From a virus (lineage: Duplodnaviria > Caudoviricetes), in the IMG/VR virus record IMGVR_UViG_3300032136_000006, positions 1 through 60,052 of that record: 60,052 bases of DNA; one strand, written 5' to 3'. Below, piece by piece: positions 57,501 to 60,052 of this stretch. The first letter of the stretch is position 1, and each line of letters starts with the position of its first letter. The notes beneath the pieces were generated by a model. It searched no databases and was not told the origin of the DNA. It saw only the letters and a list, made by a program, of their open reading frames with translations. The position numbers and the translations under genes are program-made.

Positions 57501-60052
57501 TACGTACAAAATAAGCACGTTCCTTTAGATGTTTTTTCTTGGGGTCCGGATGCTGCAATGTCTGTACTGGAAGGACTATTTGGTTGTAGTGCTAACTACC
57601 CTCTCAAGGATGGTCTTGGATACTGTACGACCTCTCCCCAGCTAGCTAATGACGTCCAACGTTTAGCGCTCCATGCAGGGTGGGCAGCCAATATCACGAA
57701 AACCGTTCCAGATAATCCAAACTGGAGTGTACTGTACAACGTAAGCCTCGTTAATAACGAACTACAACCGGAGATAAACAAAGACCGCAAGAAGTTTCCG
57801 GAAGCACAGCGCGAGACGATTACGAAATCGACTGAGCCCGTTTGGGGAATCACCGTACCAAACCATACGCTATATATCCGCTTGCGCGGAACTTCCGTTT
57901 GGTCGGGAAACTCGGGACGCTACGGAAATAAAGGTGTCGTCTCCCAGATAATTGATGATGACCAAATGATTAAGGATGAGAGTGGAAACACGGTAGACGT
58001 AATCATGACGTCTGCTGGTGTTGTATCCCGTACAAATCCAGCACAAATCATTGAGACTGCGGTGGGTAAGGTTGCTGAAAAAACGGGAAAGACCATCGTC
58101 GTAGATAACTTAACCGGAAGAGATAATGTACAGTGGGCTAAGGAGCTACTCAAGAAACACAAAATCAAAGATAAAGAAACAATGTATGACCCGGTCACCG
58201 GTAAGAAAATTCCAAACGTTTTTGTAGGCCGGCAATACATCTTAAAGCTCATGAAGTCCACGGACACAAATTACAGTGCGCGGGGGTTAGGTAATTATGA
58301 TGTAAACCAACAGCCAACTAAAGGTGGAGTATCTAGCGCAAAAGCGCTTGGTAAAATGGAATTTGATGCCCTTGTAGGCCATAACGCTCGGAATGTTTTA
58401 CGGGAAGCATCTACCATTAAAAGTCAGAAGAACGACGAATACTGGAAAGCGGTACAGTTGGGGTACCCGACTCCACCCCCAAAGACGTCCTTTGCGTATG
58501 ATAAATTCATGGGGATGTTAACAGGTGCAGGCGTAAAGGTTAATCGAGACAGCAACCGATTATCCCTGGCGCCTCTCACGGATAAGTCCGTTTTAGAGAT
58601 GTCTTCCGGAGAAATCAAAGAGCCTAAGCTGATAAAAGCTAAGAACTTTACACCTGAATCGGATGGACTATTTGACCCTGCGAAAACTGGTGGGTTATCC
58701 GGAGCGAAGTGGTCGCACATCGACCTTGCGGAACCAATTGTTAATCCAGTATTTAGGGACCCAGCGCGTAGACTTTTGGGAATGACCAATCCGGAGTTGG
58801 ATAAAGTCTTAGAAGAAAAAGGCGGAGAATACGTTAGGAAACAACTGGCAAAGATAGACCCGGCGGCAAAGGAAAAAGAGATCCTACAAGGGATGAAAAA
58901 GAAGAAGGCTACCAACTTAGATAATGATATTAAGCAAGTAAAATTTCTACGCTCCTTGCAAAAACAGGGGCTGAGGCCTGATGAGGCCACAATCATTACT
59001 AAGGTTCCGGTTGTTCCGCCGGTATTTCGACCAATCCTTCCGGGTAAGAGTGGGCAAGACATCATTTACGGGGACATCAATCCGCTGTATCGCGATCTGC
59101 TCTACACTAACAATCAGATGAAGGAAGTGAAGAAAGCTGCAATTCTTCCTGGAGAAGAAAAGAGATTACGCCCAACACTTAACGCAGCCGTGGGAGCCGT
59201 GTATGGGATGAACGACCCAACAACTGCAAAGTCTAAAGCGAGGAAACATAAAGGGTTTCTTACGCATATATCTGGTGTTAATTCTCCAAAGCAGGGTTAC
59301 TTCCATTCAAAACTAATGAAGAAGACCCAGGATATGGCTGGGCGCGGGACTATTGTGCCAGATAGTACTTTGGGGATGGATGAAGTCGGACTTCCCGAAG
59401 AGATGATGTGGACCATGTACGACAAGTTTTTGGTTAAGGGTTTGGTTCAAAACGGCTATACCGCCTTGGAAGCCGATAAGCTAGTGAAAGAAAAAGCTCC
59501 AGCTGCAAAAAATATTCTGATGCGAGAAGCGCAGGAGCGCCCAGTGATAATCAATAGAGCTCCAACGTTACACAGATACAGCATGGTAGGTGCGTATCCT
59601 AAGATGGTTCCGGGGAAAACAATACGCGTAAATCCCTTTATCGAGGCGGGCACTAATGCAGACTATGACGGGGACAGTACTGATTCTTACCTAGGGTTTA
59701 CAATCAATGGGCGGTATGTTAGGCTCCATATAAGTGAATGCCCACACATAAAGGAGTCTATTGTGAAAAAAGGTAACAAAGAGAAGTACGACGTCGACGG
59801 TGATGTAAAAGTATTCGGATACAGCGAAGAGAAACAACAAGTTGTATTGTGTGATGTCACCCACTTCAGTGTACATCACAACCTAGAAATGGTTAACGTT
59901 CGAACAAAGTCTGGACGAACAGTTAAAGTCTCACGCGACCATAGTATGTTTGGACTCAGTCCAAAAACCGGAAAACTTGAACGCTTCCGCGCAGAAGATG
60001 GTATTGGATGGGGAACTCCACGTCCGCGTAACCTATTTTCTCCTGAGCAGCT
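54522..60052 (+). CDS. rpoBC: Fused DNA-directed RNA polymerase beta-beta' subunit with two inteins (3'-truncated by window)
   Basis: GGAGG RBS and ATG 54522. Same-frame beta motifs: RVTAMGEGGI, DPFRTPE, NRAVMGSKMQTQA, GDKL/SGRYGNKG, YILKL, LGKMEFDAL. Then beta' motifs: PESDGLFD, SHIDLAEP, VPVVPPVFRP, NRAPTLHR, NADYDGD (59655-59675). Absent from the track, consistent with having no stop in the window. Confidence 0.93.
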   Translation, partial: MTSTLTPLLIDAETKRGHIRQKVIEGLQESFPMKSRSKTLEVADLRVDEKDYSSNDQKMAILKGDTLSESIKGTVRMRDKDGNVIDEVKNFTVARIPWFTPRHTMVVGGNEYSVSNQVRPKPGVYTRKRANGILEANFNTKGGSNFNITLDPVKGEPQLEYQSSKIPLYPILRESGISHDQIAKRWGSKLADSNAKALMPKRDKTIDALYKKVVPEYHRVSGADAKTKIKEIFNRYTNAQMDPEVNLKTLGKPYSRITPDTLLDASNKVLNVYKNPGEIDDRDNLDFKALHSIDDFFKEVVSLDARDVARKAAIKMEATPSLRKALPSGPFTSGILRFINNSQLVTVPTQTNPMELIDSSVRVTAMGEGGIQSDRAIPMEARQIHATQMGALDPFRTPESFRAGVDVRAAMEVRKDDKGNIYVPLRDIKSGKNVHVRAGELQDQVVAFPNQKMTGMVDGLSNGQIQKVPASRVKYQVSHPSLMYGPTTNLVPFLESLQGNRAVMGSKMQTQALSLVEREAPLVQVMSPSGDSYEKHMASLINPTTPVAGTVAKVDDNYIYVKPNNVKTGAVGDGLVKVPYETNFPLAAKTYLNHTLKVKPGDVVSQGQQVGESNFSQDGTLALGKNLSVAYMPYRGANSNDAVVISSSAAKKLTSERMYTVVVPRDKDMTLGKDKHQAYYGQGYTKKQYEKLDKDGVIKPGTKIEPGDPTFLGLRKTTMTADDVLLGRLHKSLARPFREQAQDWDHEHEGEVIDVVKTPKRIAYTIKTQEPMGIGDKLCYTADTEVLTTSGWVPVADVNHGTVCYTLNSEGIIELHTPIALNYYEEAGELYELESPHVNLSVTPNHNLYVKVRNDRSFKLKEASKVIGKCVRHKKDGQWKGVTPKTVTFKGLDLRPSKQKTKEIDTIPTLAWCRFVGSYLASGGYKTGDKPGSSATEYQAQLHIFEGQPHGVGGDPRLRMKEIIEACGFTWKVDKDKYSITSKPLVEYLSQFGYVQNKHVPLDVFSWGPDAAMSVLEGLFGCSANYPLKDGLGYCTTSPQLANDVQRLALHAGWAANITKTVPDNPNWSVLYNVSLVNNELQPEINKDRKKFPEAQRETITKSTEPVWGITVPNHTLYIRLRGTSVWSGNSGRYGNKGVVSQIIDDDQMIKDESGNTVDVIMTSAGVVSRTNPAQIIETAVGKVAEKTGKTIVVDNLTGRDNVQWAKELLKKHKIKDKETMYDPVTGKKIPNVFVGRQYILKLMKSTDTNYSARGLGNYDVNQQPTKGGVSSAKALGKMEFDALVGHNARNVLREASTIKSQKNDEYWKAVQLGYPTPPPKTSFAYDKFMGMLTGAGVKVNRDSNRLSLAPLTDKSVLEMSSGEIKEPKLIKAKNFTPESDGLFDPAKTGGLSGAKWSHIDLAEPIVNPVFRDPARRLLGMTNPELDKVLEEKGGEYVRKQLAKIDPAAKEKEILQGMKKKKATNLDNDIKQVKFLRSLQKQGLRPDEATIITKVPVVPPVFRPILPGKSGQDIIYGDINPLYRDLLYTNNQMKEVKKAAILPGEEKRLRPTLNAAVGAVYGMNDPTTAKSKARKHKGFLTHISGVNSPKQGYFHSKLMKKTQDMAGRGTIVPDSTLGMDEVGLPEEMMWTMYDKFLVKGLVQNGYTALEADKLVKEKAPAAKNILMREAQERPVIINRAPTLHRYSMVGAYPKMVPGKTIRVNPFIEAGTNADYDGDSTDSYLGFTINGRYVRLHISECPHIKESIVKKGNKEKYDVDGDVKVFGYSEEKQQVVLCDVTHFSVHHNLEMVNVRTKSGRTVKVSRDHSMFGLSPKTGKLERFRAEDGIGWGTPRPRNLFSPEQ
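56856..57911 (+). mobile_element. Intein (352 aa) in the beta part, with degenerate LAGLIDADG domain
   Basis: Splits GDKL|SGRYGNKG; begins CYTADTEV, block B VTPNH, ends WSGN followed by Ser+1. Confidence 0.92.
59676..60052 (+). mobile_element. Second intein (N-terminal part) directly after the catalytic NADYDGD
   Basis: Starts with Ser after the last Asp; RNAP similarity stops there; block B-like TKSGRTVKVSRDHSMF; C-terminus is outside the window. Confidence 0.8.

Noticed and set aside
54674-59879. The many - strand ORFs listed opposite the RNAP gene, including the 213-aa ORF at 58424-59065
   Set aside because: Antisense shadows of the continuous + strand rpoBC frame, with no recognisable motifs.
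1-60052. Alternative genetic code (stop-codon reassignment)
   Set aside because: Long genes are intact under code 11, and TAG, TGA and TAA all end genes at sensible boundaries.

Overview
A 60 kb piece of a large (probably jumbo) contractile-tailed dsDNA phage genome; the host cannot be assigned from sequence alone. Bases 1-23.5 kb are a + strand morphogenesis block: tail fibres, baseplate hub, gp25-like and J-like wedge proteins, a tail amidase, an embedded sigma factor, two EndoVII-type HNH genes and a holin-like gene. From 23.5 kb on, + strand virion/packaging genes (terminase large subunit, probable portal, probable head proteins) alternate with - strand replication and accessory genes (RuvC-like resolvase, UDG-fused family A DNA polymerase, primase-helicase, two Cas4/PD-(D/E)XK nucleases, SSB-like protein, ParB, SNF2 helicase, endolysin). 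From 54522 an ORF missing from the ORF track encodes a fused RNA polymerase beta-beta' polypeptide with two inteins; it runs off the window end. The best candidate for an undescribed system is a translationally coupled - strand operon: metallopeptidase-vWA, a Cys-rich unknown, a retron-like reverse transcriptase with a putative Zn-binding insertion, and a second Cys-rich unknown. A MoxR-like AAA ATPase lies nearby, and there is no room for an msr/msd RNA next to the RT. The only long non-coding stretch (35600-36292) is densely structured and carries four covarying 6-bp triloop hairpins; it is a candidate large ncRNA and possibly the RT template. All calls come from motif reading by eye; no database searches were run.
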